Below are positions 47,560 to 60,606 of a stretch of 64,000 bases of DNA, piece after piece. The notes under the pieces are model-generated. The model was not told the DNA's origin, ran no database searches, and saw only the letters and a list, made by a program, of their open reading frames with translations. Source of the DNA: Octopus sinensis (taxonomy: Eukaryota); assembly GCF_006345805.1 (NCBI RefSeq), contig NC_043000.1, forward strand, positions 89,962,001 to 90,026,000, in the 5' to 3' direction. The translations under genes were made by a program, and so were the position numbers. How positions within the stretch are numbered: the stretch's first letter is position 1; the number at the start of each line of letters is the position of its first letter.

Positions 47560-49310
47560 ACTGAAACAGCAAATTAGGAACAGGGATTTAGTGTGCCTCC
47601 GTATGGACAAGTCTGACAGATTGTCAATAGACAGCCCATAGAACTATGTCCAGACCATACAACAACATCAGTAGCATGGGAGAAGTTGCACCACAGGAAC
47701 ATGAAAGAGTGGAAAAACTCAATGCACACATGGGAATGTGGTGCAACATACTCCAACCCAAGAAATGGACTACACAAAATTTCCAAGCATTCAACAACGA
47801 TGTTTCTATGCTGTACAGGTTACTTAAGGATCATAAACCCTACATAAACCGTGTGATGCAGCCCCCAACCCAACCAGTTAGTGTAGCGAATACCTCCAAC
47901 AATTATAGGCTATCCTACTTCCTCTTACAGGTGTTATAACCAGTCATTGAAATGTCCCATGATATCTGTGCGAGCTTGGAGGATTCCCTCAGTAGAATCA
48001 GTAGTTGCAACCACTCCAACAACCTCACAGGTTGTGTAGTGGTTTCTATGGATTTAGTTTCACTCTACCCATCTATGGACATAGATTTTGCAGTGGAAAA
48101 TACATTGAGATTATCTGTGAGTGTGAAGTAGAGTTCCGTGAAGTCAACAGGAGGGAATTGGACCTCCTTAAACTAAGCTATGACTGTAACTACCTAGACA
48201 ATTATGACCTTAGTAGATTCTGCCCCGCCAGGTCACAGAGGGGAAGACCACTCATCATCTTGGCAGCGAAGAAAAGCACCGCAGAGCACAGGAGTGGTTG
48301 GACCATACCCACCCAGGACCTTGAGAACAACAATCAGGTGAAAAGAATGATTGCATATGCAATAGGAACTAGCATAAGAACCACATAGTAAAGTTTAACA
48401 AGAAACTATACATGCAGTTGAAAAGGTGCACCCATTGGTGTCGGTGTGGCTGGCCTCTTCGTGACCTGGTGGGACAGAAAACTTAAATAATCCTTGGCTG
48501 AACAATCCACAACTGTATTTCTTTACTGTAGGTATGTAGATGATATTAATGTTTTAGTTAGGACAAACTCTGGTAAGTGTAGTGTAGAAACTGAGAGGAG
48601 CATAATAGAGAGCATCCAGCACGTAGCTAACTCCATCCACCAAAGCATCAAGGTAACTATAAATTACTCAACCTTAACAATAGACTTAACAATAGACTTA
48701 ACAATACCTTAACAATAGACTCCCTGTCCTTGAAACTGAACTTTGGTTAGAGACTGTGAACAACAGAGTGCAGCTCCACCATTCCTATAACATGAAACCC
48801 ATAGCTTCTAAATATGTTGTTCACACATGAAAATCAACATACTGATAGCAGACTTAGGATAATGAAAATTGTATCACTCCTATTAGAACCCTATGAAACA
48901 AGAAAACATGTACAGAACTTCATGCACTGCATGCAATTCTCTGGATATAGCCAGAAAGATAGGATTTGGGTATAGAGAGGAGTAGAAAGAAGTTAACATT
49001 ATATGAAACAAAACAAGTGGTACCTACCTTAGATGCAGAGGTAAAGACTGGAATAGAATACAGAGAGTTTGTGACAAAGCAAAAAGGGTGAACACACAGT
49101 ATGAGGCTGACAAATATCAAGGAGTGGTGTTTGTAGAGGTCACAGCCCATGGAGAACTGGCCCAAAGATTTAGGAAAGCTCTGAAGGAAGCCAAACCCAA
49201 CATTAAGATCGTTGAAAAGTCAGGGTGCTCCATCAGATCACAATTATGTAGGATGTACCCCTTTGAGAATACCATATGCACCAATGGGAACTGTATGGTA
49301 TGTAATAGAA
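47560..49310 (+). pseudogene. Degraded Penelope-like RT (Neptune/Nematis-like)
   Basis: LLKDHKP; VVSMDLVSLYPS; KGAPIGVGVAGLFV; FLYCRYVDDINVL; KPIASKYVVH; VFVEVTAHGELAQRFRKAL...IKIVEKSG...CTNGNCMVC. Confidence 0.75.
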
Positions 49311-49547
49311 TAATCCTTGCTGAGGATTATTCAACTTCTCTATTGTTGTTTACAAGATGAATTTTCTCTTTGTTAAGGGATTGGCAATAGAAAAGGCATC
49401 TAGGAAAAAGATGAAACCAAATGACATACATGAGCACAAATCTATGAGAGCAGTAGCTCTCAATCAGAAAGAACTTAGACTGTGACAACTTGTTCAACTC
49501 ATGCCAACGTAAAAAGGGGACATAAAATGATGATGATGATGATGATG

Positions 49548-49580
<33 letters not shown>

Positions 49581-49789
49581 TCCCTTTCTACTATATGTAC
49601 AAAACCTGAAATTTTGTGGGAGGGGGCTGGTCGATTGCATCCATCCCAGTATTTCATTGGTATTTAGTCTATCAACCCCAAAAGGATGAAAGGCAAAGTC
49701 AACCTCAGCGGAATTTGAACTCAGAACGTATGGATGGACTAAATGCTACTAAAAGAGGAGGGAATGCCAAATAAAACTAACTGGTTGCT

Positions 49790-49950
49790 GCTTGAACAAC
49801 TTGGGCTATATCTCAATGGAAGTAGATGGTGCAAACCTTGCTTAACTCAGAGGACAATCACCTTAAAAAATTTGCATGATCCACGTGCTTTCTTGAATTC
49901 AAAAAGTGATACTTGTAACCACTGCTCTTATGACAGAAAATTCATCTTAA
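49790..49950 (+). pseudogene. PLE GIY-YIG endonuclease C-terminal fragment
   Basis: YLNGSRWCKPCLTQRTITL...FLNSKSDTCNHCSYDRKFILK resembles Y.ngsk.C.LCl.Ek..I...LN.r.El...C.H..KflL. Confidence 0.55.
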
Positions 49951-50643
49951 AAACATGGACTTGGGAACAGAAAAAGATACCTCCAGGTGCAGCTGACCGG
50001 TTTCGGCCACTGATGGAATTTCACAAGAGTTGGCAACTCTCCTTTCTCTCTCAGGAAAGTTCTTTTGTATCAGTTTTTGCTTTTTTTCATCACCAAAATG
50101 ACCAACACTGTATATTTACCTTTATCAGTAAAGAGTCTGTAATAAAAGGACAATATGTATAAAGGTCTGTAAATAGAGATAACCAGAATGTGGGGCCTGA
50201 TAATAGGAGCAATCCCTAAAATAATATGTGCTTGGAGAATGATTAAAAAACATATAGACAAATACATATCCAAAATCTTACAAATAAGCACAACTTACAG
50301 AAATAACACTACTAGGTACTGCACATGTTACATAAGATACTTTTAATATAATAGAAAATGCAAAACCAAAATAAAACTATCTGTAGCTAAGGCATAAAGA
50401 GCTGCATTTGGTAGTGCAGTGAAAGCATACAATAAAGAAAAATAAGAATAGGATAATGAAACTGCTCAACCTTGTTCTAATTCCTTTGAGAAAAAGCTCT
50501 TTGATACTTTATGAACCTTCACCTCATCATAGGACTTTTAGTGCAAAGAAAAAGACCACTAAATATCAAAGAGTAAACCTGACATAATTTTCCTCAACAA
50601 AAACAGCAATAGCGACAACAAAAAAAATACAAATAATAATACA

Positions 50644-50675
<32 letters not shown>

Positions 50676-50869
50676 TTTCTTTTATTTGCCACCAGGGCAA
50701 AGGATGATGGGGACAATACAATGACAGACATAAAAGCGTTGGGGTTTACATACAATGGAATGATGAAAAAAAGAGAAAGAAAAGTATACATGGTATACAA
50801 TAAAAAGAAGGGAAGTATACAGAGTATACTAAATTAAGAGAGGGGTGGGGGAGATGATAGTGATGTATA

Positions 50870-51840
50870 TCAGGAGTACCTCTAGAGATAATTGAAGAAC
50901 CTCATCATCCAAGATCTCCTTTAATACCAAGGATAAGTGCTCTCTGCAATTCCTTTCTTCCAACTCACAGGTCTACACTTACAGTGGTACCATCCATTCA
51001 AGCCATTTTCACAGCTTTCATCCTCCTTTTAATAAATTCACTTCCCTCCCCACCCTCACTTACCTTTTAAAAAGAAACTTGAAAAGGTCAATGAGGGCTC
51101 TACCAAAGAGAAAAGTCTCTGTTCTCTTTCCTTTCAGTCTCGCCCACTATACAACCTCTTTTACCACAATCACCAGACAAAGGAAATCTGCCTTGTATGC
51201 CTGATTAAAGGAGTGTGGCAGGGCAATCATCACTATGGACTAGTTTGACAGACTGATCCATCCCACACACAACAACAATGTCTGGACACTGAATGAAAGC
51301 ATGCAGAAGAGTTTTGTTGCTTTGCCTACACCTAAAACAAGCCCATCTGACAGCACATCTATGCCTGTAGAGTTTATCTTGAACTGGTAGCACTGCCAGG
51401 CCAAAGACATCTGAAAATTATCCATAGTAGTCCCCGACCAGAAAGTTCCCCAGAACAGACTAGCCAGTTTGTTTTCATTGACACCCTGGGTCTCCCAGAG
51501 GATTTCATTACACTTCCCCACAACTAATCCTCTCTAAATAGCTAAAGTGAACCATCAACTGTTCCTATTGCCCAGCTGGTAGCGGACAGTGAGTACCTGG
51601 TGACTTTCTAGGTGCCAGGCACCCATTCTTGGTCTATCCTTCACCCAGGACTGCAGCTCCATCAAAGTGATGAGCTGTAGGAAAAGATGTGTCTCACAAA
51701 TGGAGCCTACACATGTTCACTGTCTAGAAATCGTTGCAGGTGGTGCAACCTGAGTGCATGCCATGGCATACCTATGTTGCCATGCAGAGGGAGCTGGCAG
51801 CAGATTGACCACCTGACCATTTGAATACATCCCTTTCACA
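50870..51840 (-). pseudogene. Degraded L1/Tx1-type LINE 3' region (zf-RVT)
   Basis: SLAWQCY..LPVQDKLYRHRCAVRWACFRCRQSNKTLLHAFIQCP matches the CCHC zinc-binding region downstream of L1/Tx1 RT. Confidence 0.65.
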
Positions 51841-52804
51841 AGAAAATAAACAACAAATGCTCCAATCTAATCAAGCAGTAACTGCGACAGGGCATGACAA
51901 CATGATGGGAGAAATCAACCAACTAATAAATATATCAGCTATTATATAAAGATAATTGGCAGTATGTCACTTTCTCTCTTTTGATTTGTGTTCCCCTCAC
52001 CACCACACTTTAACACATGCTGTGACACACTTTCTATGTTTGTGTTTTAAAAACACAAATAAACCATTCAATTTGTGGAATATTGGGTAGAAAAAATACT
52101 TAAAGTTTAGGTCTCTATGTATAACTTGTGTGACACTGTGCGTGTGTGTGTGTGTAAATGCAAATGCCCTACATCTATTAAATAAAATCCATTCTGTCTG
52201 TCTGTGTGTGTGTGTCTTGTAGGATCTCAGGCATCCTCCATCCAATTGTGCTCAAATTTGAAATGTAGATACTGACAGTATCAGGGTGTGTATAAGTCTC
52301 GAAAAAATTACAAAAATCGATTCCAGGTGAGAATGTGATCGATAAAGCCGTTTTTGTCCTGCTTTTCTTCCGTCAACCTGTACATAACTGCACCTTCCGT
52401 TTTTTGTTGTTTTTGTACTGCTTAAAGGCATGTTTCTTTCCTGCCAAGCTTACTGTTTAAACCATGTTTGTGTTCTCCCAGTCAGCAGCCTTATCATTAC
52501 TGGTACTTTAAACTCTTCAGTTGCATATTTGTGGGAATAAAATCGTTTTTCTTTGGAATAGAAAAAAAGTCTATCTTTATTTCTTCTTTTGCTGGTGTCT
52601 CAAATTTAGGTTAAATCAGTGTTTCTCAAAGGGGAGGCCTATGGGATGGTCAGACAAGTTGTTTTGAGAAAATTTGATTTAAATGTTTGACAACTCAGCA
52701 CCATCCAATGGACAGAGGTGCGTTTTGCTCATATTAAACGAAAGCTAATATCAATCCATTGCACATATACATTGCAATGAAATATATATATATATATAAG
52801 ACGT

Positions 52805-53210
52805 ATGAGATGGCTTGGGTATGTTAGCCGTATGAAAGATGGCAGAATCCCCAAGGACATACTCTACGGAGAGCTTGCTAGGGGTACTAGGTCTGTGGGT
52901 AGACCGTTCTTACGTTACAAGGATGTTTGCAAAAGGGACATGAAGGCTTGCAACATCAATATTAGCAGTTGGGAAGCAATTGCCAGCAACCGTGGAGATT
53001 ATCGACGTACCATAAAAGAGGGAATACAAAGGAGTGACAGAGAGAGAGAGAGGAGAAATGGAAAGACAAGAAAAGACAAGAAACTATGACACTACAACCA
53101 GCCAGGAACAGTCTTCGCTACATTTGCAGTACCTGCTAGAGGGAGTGTCTGTCCAGGATAGGACTACACAGCCACAGCAGGAAATGTATCAGGACATGAA
53201 ATGTAAAAGC
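52805..53210 (+). pseudogene. RTE-BovB-like LINE 3' fragment
   Basis: MRWLGYVSRMKDGRIPKDILYGELARGTRSVGRPFLRYKDVCKRDMK...; terminal ICSTC*RECLSRIGLHSH finger. Confidence 0.85.
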
Positions 53211-53280
53211 CGGACTGGACTACTTTATGCGCAACTCCATTGTCTCCCAAGACAAAAAGGATGCCAACAATATATATATG

Positions 53281-53343
<63 letters not shown>

Positions 53344-53344
53344 G

Positions 53345-53375
<31 letters not shown>

Positions 53376-53506
53376 TATTATATAATATATAATATATAAT
53401 ATAATATAATATAATATAATATATATTATATAATATATAATATATAATATAATTATATTATATATAATATATATATTATATTATACAATTATATAATTAT
53501 ATATTT

Positions 53507-56120
53507 TGATGAGAGGGAGGAGGAGCTACAGACGTCGGACATAGAAGGTAGCTGGAAATTCCTACGGGACAGCTTGCTGAGTGCCACAGACCAAGTCTGT
53601 GGATGGTACAAAGTCCCTTCCAGACCTAGAGTTACGTGGTGGTGGAATAGTGCAGTAGACAAAGCCATTAGTGCAAAGAAACAGGCCTGGAAAGCCTGGA
53701 GGGATGGGGGTAGCAGGGAACTGTACCAAGTAGCCAAAAGGGAGGCCGGCGGCAGGTATACATAGCCAAAGATATAGCAGAAAAGAAGTTTGCCAATGTC
53801 CAGCGACGTAAGGACCAAAGAACTGAGGTATTTCGGATTGCTAGACAGTGAGTGAGAGAAAATAGTGATGTTACAGGAGAGAGATGTGTCCACATGGATG
53901 ATGGGGCACTTGCTTTTAATGTTGGTGAAAAGAAAGAGGCTTGGAGAAGCCATTATGAAAGACTGCTGAATGTGGAGAATGAATGGGAGGAGGAGAGCCT
54001 GCCAAATGTTGACCCAGTAGAGGGATCAGCTATCCAAATAGACAGCTCCCTTGTAGTTAAGGCAATTAAGGGTATGAAACCAGGTAAAGCCCCCGGCCCA
54101 TCAGGAATCACCACTGAGATGCTTAAAACAAACTGGTTAAGTGGGCTATGGCCTAGTCACCCATATTGTAAACCAAGTAGTTCATAATGGAGTCATACCC
54201 AATGACTGGCGTAGCAGCACCATAGTCAACTGCTACAAGGGTAAGGGTGATGCTCTAGATAGAAATAACTACAGGGGTATTAAACTGTTGGATCAGGTGA
54301 TGAAGGTCACAGAGAGGGTCATAACCCATCTCATTAGGGAGAGAATTTGCTTAGATGAGATGCAGTTCGGTTTTGTGCCAGGTAGAAGCACCACTGATGC
54401 TATATTCCTGGTCCGACAACTGCAGAAGTACCTAGCTAAAGATAAACCCCTCTACATAGCTTTTGTGGACTTGGAGAAAGCCTTTGACAGGGTCCCCCGA
54501 TCCCTTATCTGGTGGTCGATGCGGAAACTGGAGATTGACGAATGGCTAATAAGGGCTGTACAGGCCCTATACAGAGAGGCTGTCAGCAAGGTTAGGATTG
54601 GCAACGAATATAGTGAAGAATTCCGGGTAGAAGTAGGTGTACACCAAGGCTCAGCCCTCAGTCCCCTTTTATTCATCATAGTCCTCCAGGAAATAACAAA
54701 GGAATTCAAAACAGGTTGCCCCTGGGAGCTCCTCTATGCTGATGACCTGGCTCTCATAGCAGAATCACTACTGGAACTAGAAAAGAAATTTCGAGTGTGG
54801 AAACAAAGGTTAGAATCAAAGGGCCTTAGAGTAAATGTAGCAAAGACCAAAGTTATAGTAAGCAGAAAGGCGAACTCAGCACACACCCCATCAGGCAGGT
54901 GGCCCTGCTCGATCAGTAGGAGAGGTGTAGGTAGAAACTCCATTAGATGCACCCAGTGTAAGCTATGGACGCATAAGAAGTGCAGCAACATCAAAGGGAA
55001 ATTAACTGATAAGATAGCTTTCATGTGCGGCTGATGCACAGGGACAATAGACACCACAAATACTCAGAAAACAGATTCCATCACACTCCAGGGGGAGAAA
55101 CTAGAAGTAGTCGATAGTTTCCACTACCTGGGTGACCAAGTTAGTAGTGGAGGTGGATGCTCAGAGAGTGTCACCACTAGAATACGAATAGCCTGGGCAA
55201 AGTTTAGAAAGCTCCTACCCCTACAGGTGACAAAGGGTCTCTCACTCAGAGTGAAAGGTAGATTGTATGATGCATGTGTGCGAATTGCCATGCTTCACGG
55301 TAGTGAAACATGGGCCATGACTGCAGAGGACATGCATAGACTTGAAAGAAATGAAGCTAGCATGATCCGCTGGATGTGTAATGTCAGTGTGCACGCACGA
55401 CAGAGTGTAAGCACCCTGAGAGAAATGCTGGACATAAGAAGCATCAGATGTGGTGTGCAAGAGTGACGCTTGCGATGGTATGGTCATGTACTGCGGATGG
55501 ATGAGGAGAGATGTGTGAAGAAGTGCCGCTCCCAAACAGTTGAAGGAATCAGGGGGAGAGGTAGACCCAGGAAGACATGGGATGAGGTAGTCAAGCATGA
55601 CCTCAGAGCGTTGGGCAATGGCGAAGGACCGAGATATCTGGAGATGTGCTTTGACTGCAAAGACCCGGGCTGCTTCCTGCACCAGTTCCGCATAGCCCCT
55701 GCCCATTCAAAGTACCTTGGATCCCAGAACATCCTGCTGTGCTTGAGGAGACCTGTTGAGTCAAGTACATGTACATGAACATCGAAACAAATATCAATGG
55801 AAATAGTAGTTGTGATACCTGTGCCGGATGGCACATAAAAAGCACCATCCAAATGTGGCCGATGCCAGTGCCGCCTCAACTGGCTTCCATACCTGTGGCA
55901 CGTTAAAAGCACCAACCGATCGTGGCCGATGCCAGACTCCCCTGGCATGTAAAAAGCACCCACTACACTCGCGGAGTGGTTGGCGTTAGGAAGGGCATCC
56001 AGCTGTAGAAACACTGCCAGATCAGACTGGAGCCTGGTGCAGCCCCTGGCTTCCCAGACCCCAGTCAAACTGTCCAACCTGGGCTAGCGCGGAAAACAGA
56101 CGTTAAACGATGATGATGAT
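53507..56120 (+). mobile_element. 5'-truncated RTE-clade LINE with long RT region and (GAT)n tail
   Basis: 297-aa ORF with YRGIKLL, QFGFVPGRSTTDAIF, FVDLEKAFDRV, GVHQGSALSPLLF and LLYADDL. Frameshift near 54140; stops at 55032 and 55464. The 3' end is CGTTAAACGATGATGATGAT. Confidence 0.93.
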
Positions 56121-56400
56121 ATATATATATATACACATATATATATACATACATAAACATTATCTATCTATCTATCTATATATATAGATACACACACACA
56201 CTTTCTCTCTCTTACCCACACACACACGTATGTATGTATATATATATATAGTTATTGAAGTAGATAAATGAATTATCTTATTACGGATTATTCAAATGAT
56301 AACTGATACCTGGGTAGCAAAAATCACAACAGAAAAAGCACGGTTGAGGTTACGACCATGGGGCCTAAAATCCGTGCCTTAGTGCGGAAATTTGAAGTTT

Positions 56401-56569
56401 TATATATTTAGTGTAGGAAGAAATGGAGCTGAACGAAGATTTAACAAAATTCCTTTTTATTATTTTCTACATAGGGACTTTGCAACCTTTGAAACATATG
56501 TAGAAAATAATAAAAAGGAATTTTGTTAAATCTTCGTTCAGCTCCATTTCTTCCTACACTAAATATATA
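56401..56569. repeat. Perfect 73-bp inverted repeat with 23-bp spacer
   Basis: 56401-56473 is the exact reverse complement of 56497-56569. Confidence 0.93.
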
Positions 56570-56577
56570 TATATATA

Positions 56578-57545
56578 TGAGATCCACTGGATGTGTAATG
56601 TCAGCGTGCACACACAACAGAGTGTAAGTACCCTGAGAGAGATGTTGGACATAAGAAGCATCAGATGTGGTGCGCAAGAGAGATGACTGTGCTGGTATGG
56701 TCATGTGATGTGTATGGATGAGGAGAGCTGTGTGAAAAAGTGTCACTCCCTGGCAGTGGAAGGAACTTGTGGAAGTGGGAGACCCAAGAAGACATGGGAT
56801 AAGGTGGTGAAGTATGATCTTCAGACGTTGGGCCTCACAGAGGCAATGACAAGAGACCAAGACCTCTGGAGATATGCTGTGATTGAGAAGACCTGGCAAG
56901 TAAAGTGAGATCACAGTCACAGCCTATACTAGTGTTGCATAACCAGCCCATTTAAAAAGTGGTTTTGAATCGACAGGTGATATGCCATGCTTGAGGAGAC
57001 CTATTGAGTCAAGTAAAATCAAAAATCAAAATCAAAATCACTATCAGAATCTCAATCAAATCAAAAGCAAAATGGAAATTATAGTTGTGGCTGATGCCAG
57101 TGCTGCCTGACTGGCTGCCATGCTGGTGGAACGCAATAATCACCATTCATGCGTGGGTCGTTGCCAGTGTCACCTGACTGGCTCCCTGTGCTGGTGGCAC
57201 ATAAAAAGCACCATCTGAACATGGTTGATGATAGCGCCCCCCCCTTCCCTGACTGGCTCCTGTGCCAGTAGCACATAAAAAGCACCATCCAAACATGACT
57301 AATGCCAGTACTGTCTGACTGACTCTCATGCCGGTGGCATGTAAAAAGCACCCACTACACTCTCAGAGTGGTTGGCTTTAAGAAGGGCATCTAGCTGTAG
57401 AAACATTGCCAGATCAGATTGGAGCCTGGTGCAGCATCCTGGCTTGCCAGTCCCCAATCAAACTTTCCAACCCATGCCAGCATGGAAAACGGATGATGAT
57501 GATGATGATGGTGATGATGATGTATATGATGATGATGATGATGTG
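56578..57545 (+). mobile_element. Second RTE 3' fragment (older subfamily) with (GAT)n tail
   Basis: Homologous to 55365-56120 (RWMCNVS...LDIRSIRCG...GRPKKTWD). Confidence 0.85.
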
Positions 57546-57728
57546 ATGAGATATATATATATATATATAATAAAATACAAAATAGGACAGGAACGCAAAA
57601 CATCCGGACAACTAGGTGATACAAAAAGAGACAATAGACGATACAAAAAAAACAAGGATGAGTCATTCGAAGCCTTTTATCTTCAGTCAAGAACCAGATC
57701 ATCCTTGCAATTTTGGCTACACACGCAA

Positions 57729-57761
<33 letters not shown>

Positions 57762-58013
57762 AAATATTAGAATAAAACCACCTCTTATCAATTCAAAATG
57801 AATAATTAAATTACACCATCTAGAAAATTACATATAATAGAAAAGTTAAAATTAAAATAACAATTAAAAAGTAAAGATTAAGTATTTCTAAATTGAATTA
57901 TTTTTCCTTGTAAGTTTGGATTTTATTCCCTCAAATAATAATTATCATATATACATACACACATATATATATACATATATATATGTGTGTGTGTGTATAT
58001 ATATATATAGTTA

Positions 58014-58829
58014 TGCTTGTTGCCACTTCAGCATGGCTGTTCCACAAAGAACTATGTTACTACATTTTATCCTCAGGTAAAACGTCTTTTCCAGCTGGTT
58101 AATGACACACAGCATGTGTCTGATATATTGTGAGTAAGGGAGTGAACCACTCCCCTCCAGCATGACAAGACCAGTAGACCAGACTGGTTTTTGGGTGCCT
58201 ACCTGTCTTCAGTACTGGATGCCTGCCTGCTAGAGATGGCAGTCATTCATCCCCACCTGCAGAATATAAAACAAATAAGCAACAATCAATCACTGATCTT
58301 GCAACAAGCTAAAATAGTAAGTTCTAAAATCTCTAAAAGAGATACCTATTTCTTTATTACCCACAAGGGGCTAAACATAGAGGGGACAAACAAGGACAGA
58401 CATAGGTATTAAATCGATTACATTGACCCCAGTGCGTGACTGGTACTTAATTTATCGACCCCGAAAGGATGAAAGGCAAAGTCGACCTCGGCGGAATTTG
58501 AACTCAAAACGTATTGGCAGACGAAATACCGCTAAGCATCTCGCGCGGCCTGCTAACGTTTCTGCCAGCTCTCTGCCTTAATCGCCTAAAAGAGATACCA
58601 GTAGTAATGACACTAAACAGTAATGTTTGTTGCCACTTCAGTGTGAGGACAGGTAGGCACCTAGAAACTAGTCTGGCTTTGTCACACTTGAGGGGTGTAG
58701 TTTGCTCCCTTACTCGCAATATATGAGACACAAGTTACGTGTCATTAACCAGCTGGAAAAGACGTTTTCCTGAGTTTAAAATGTAATACAGTTCTTTGTG
58801 GAACAGCCATGCTGAAGTGGCAATAAGCA
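58014..58829. mobile_element. Foldback element with inverted arms of about 200 bp and a SINE inserted centrally
   Basis: TGCTTGTTGCCACTTCAGCATGGCTGTTCCACAAAGAACT / AGTTCTTTGTGGAACAGCCATGCTGAAGTGGCAATAAGCA; SINE family 2 at about 58328-58575. Confidence 0.8.
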
Positions 58830-59055
58830 CTACTTCTTTAGTATCATTACTATTGGTATCTCTTTTAGAGACTTGAAACAGAAAAAGGAAACAGCATACT
58901 ATAATGGTATTTGTTCTTTGGAGTTGGTTGATCTTGCATCTTCTCCACTTAAACACTCTTCACTTAGACACAGTCAATTCACTCATTACCGGTATTGAGT
59001 CCAAATCAGGTCCTACCCTAATTATGTGTGTGTGTATATATGTGTGTGTGTGTGC

Positions 59056-59094
<39 letters not shown>

Positions 59095-59101
<7 letters not shown>

Positions 59102-59710
59102 TCATCATCATCTTTTAACATCTGTTGTCCATGCTGGCATGGTTTGACTAGGGCTAGTAAGCTGAGGGGCTGCACCAGACTCCAGTCTGATTTGGCATGG
59201 TTTCAATGGCTGGATGCCTTTCTTAACACCAACCACTCCAAGAGTGTAATCGGTGCTACAACATGCCAGTTGCGTGACACCAGTATCTGCTCTGACTAAG
59301 ATTTCATTTAGTTTGATGGGTCTTCTACTCAAGCATGGAATATTGCCAAAGGTTTTGGTCATTTGTCATTGCCTCTGTGATGCCCAACACTCAAAAGGTG
59401 CTTTTTACATGCTACTGGCACAGGTGCTAGTTATGTGACACCAGCATAAGCCACATTGCCTCTATGAGGCTCTATGCTCAAAAGGTGCTTCTTATGTGCA
59501 ACCAACACAGATGCCAGTTACATGACACCAGCATTAGCTATATTGTCTCTGAGACCCAATGCTTGAAGGGTGCTATTTATGTCCCACTGGCACAGATTTT
59601 AGTTACACGACACTGGCATTGGCCACATTGCCTCTGTGAGGCCCAATGCTCAAATAATGTGTTTTATGTGCTACAGGCACCTGTGCCAATTATGTGACAT
59701 TGGCATCTGC
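59095..59710 (-). mobile_element. RTE 3' UTR fragment with multiple hairpin modules
   Basis: (ATC)n tail at 59097; reverse-complement similarity to 55780-56120. A further tail lies at about 60310-60560. Confidence 0.75.
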
Positions 59711-59769
59711 CACAACTATGATATTTATATATGTATATATATATATATGTGTATATATATATATATATC

Positions 59770-59813
<44 letters not shown>

Positions 59814-60606
59814 TGTTTATAAGTATATATAAGCATATACATATATGTATATGTATGTCATCATCATTGTAGGTTTAATATACACTTTTCCATGATTGCA
59901 TGGGCTGGACAAAATTTGTTAAGAAGAATTTTCTACAGCTGGATATCCTTCTTGTCACCAACCCTCATCTTTTTCCAAGTAAGGTAACATTTCCCCCATG
60001 ACCAGACATGTAAGATTAGAAATGAAGAACACAACTTGCATGACAGTGGAACTTGTTTACAGCTATCACATGATGTCAAGTCAAGGAAACAGTAACAAAC
60101 ACAGACACAAACACACGTACATATATATATGATAGGTTTCTTCTAATTTTTTATCTACCAAATTCATGCATAAGGCTTTGGTCAGCATGGGATTATAGTA
60201 GAAGACAGTTGCCCAAGATTCTTTGCAGTGGGACTGAACACAGGACCATGTGATTGGGGAGCCATGTCTCTGTATGCATGTGTGTTTATATAGATACACA
60301 CACACACACATTATCATCATCATCATCATCATCATCATCATAATCATTTAGTGTGTTTTTCCATGTTGGCATGGGTTAGATGGTTTGACTGGAGCTAGTA
60401 AGCCAGAGAGCTGCACCAGGTTTCAGTCGTCTGTTTCGGCTTGGTTTCTCTGGCTGGATGCCTTTAAAGAGTGTACTGGTGTCTTTCATGTGTCATTGGC
60501 ACAGGTGCCTTTAACATGTCCCTGGCACAGGTGCCTGTACATGTCACTGGCATGGATATATATATAAACACATACACACATATATATATATATACATACA
60601 TATATA

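Noticed and set aside
49985-50060. Hammerhead after the PLE endonuclease fragment (CGAAACCGGTC on the minus strand)
   Set aside because: GAAA and GUC are present, but there is no matching CUGANGA with stem I; incomplete.
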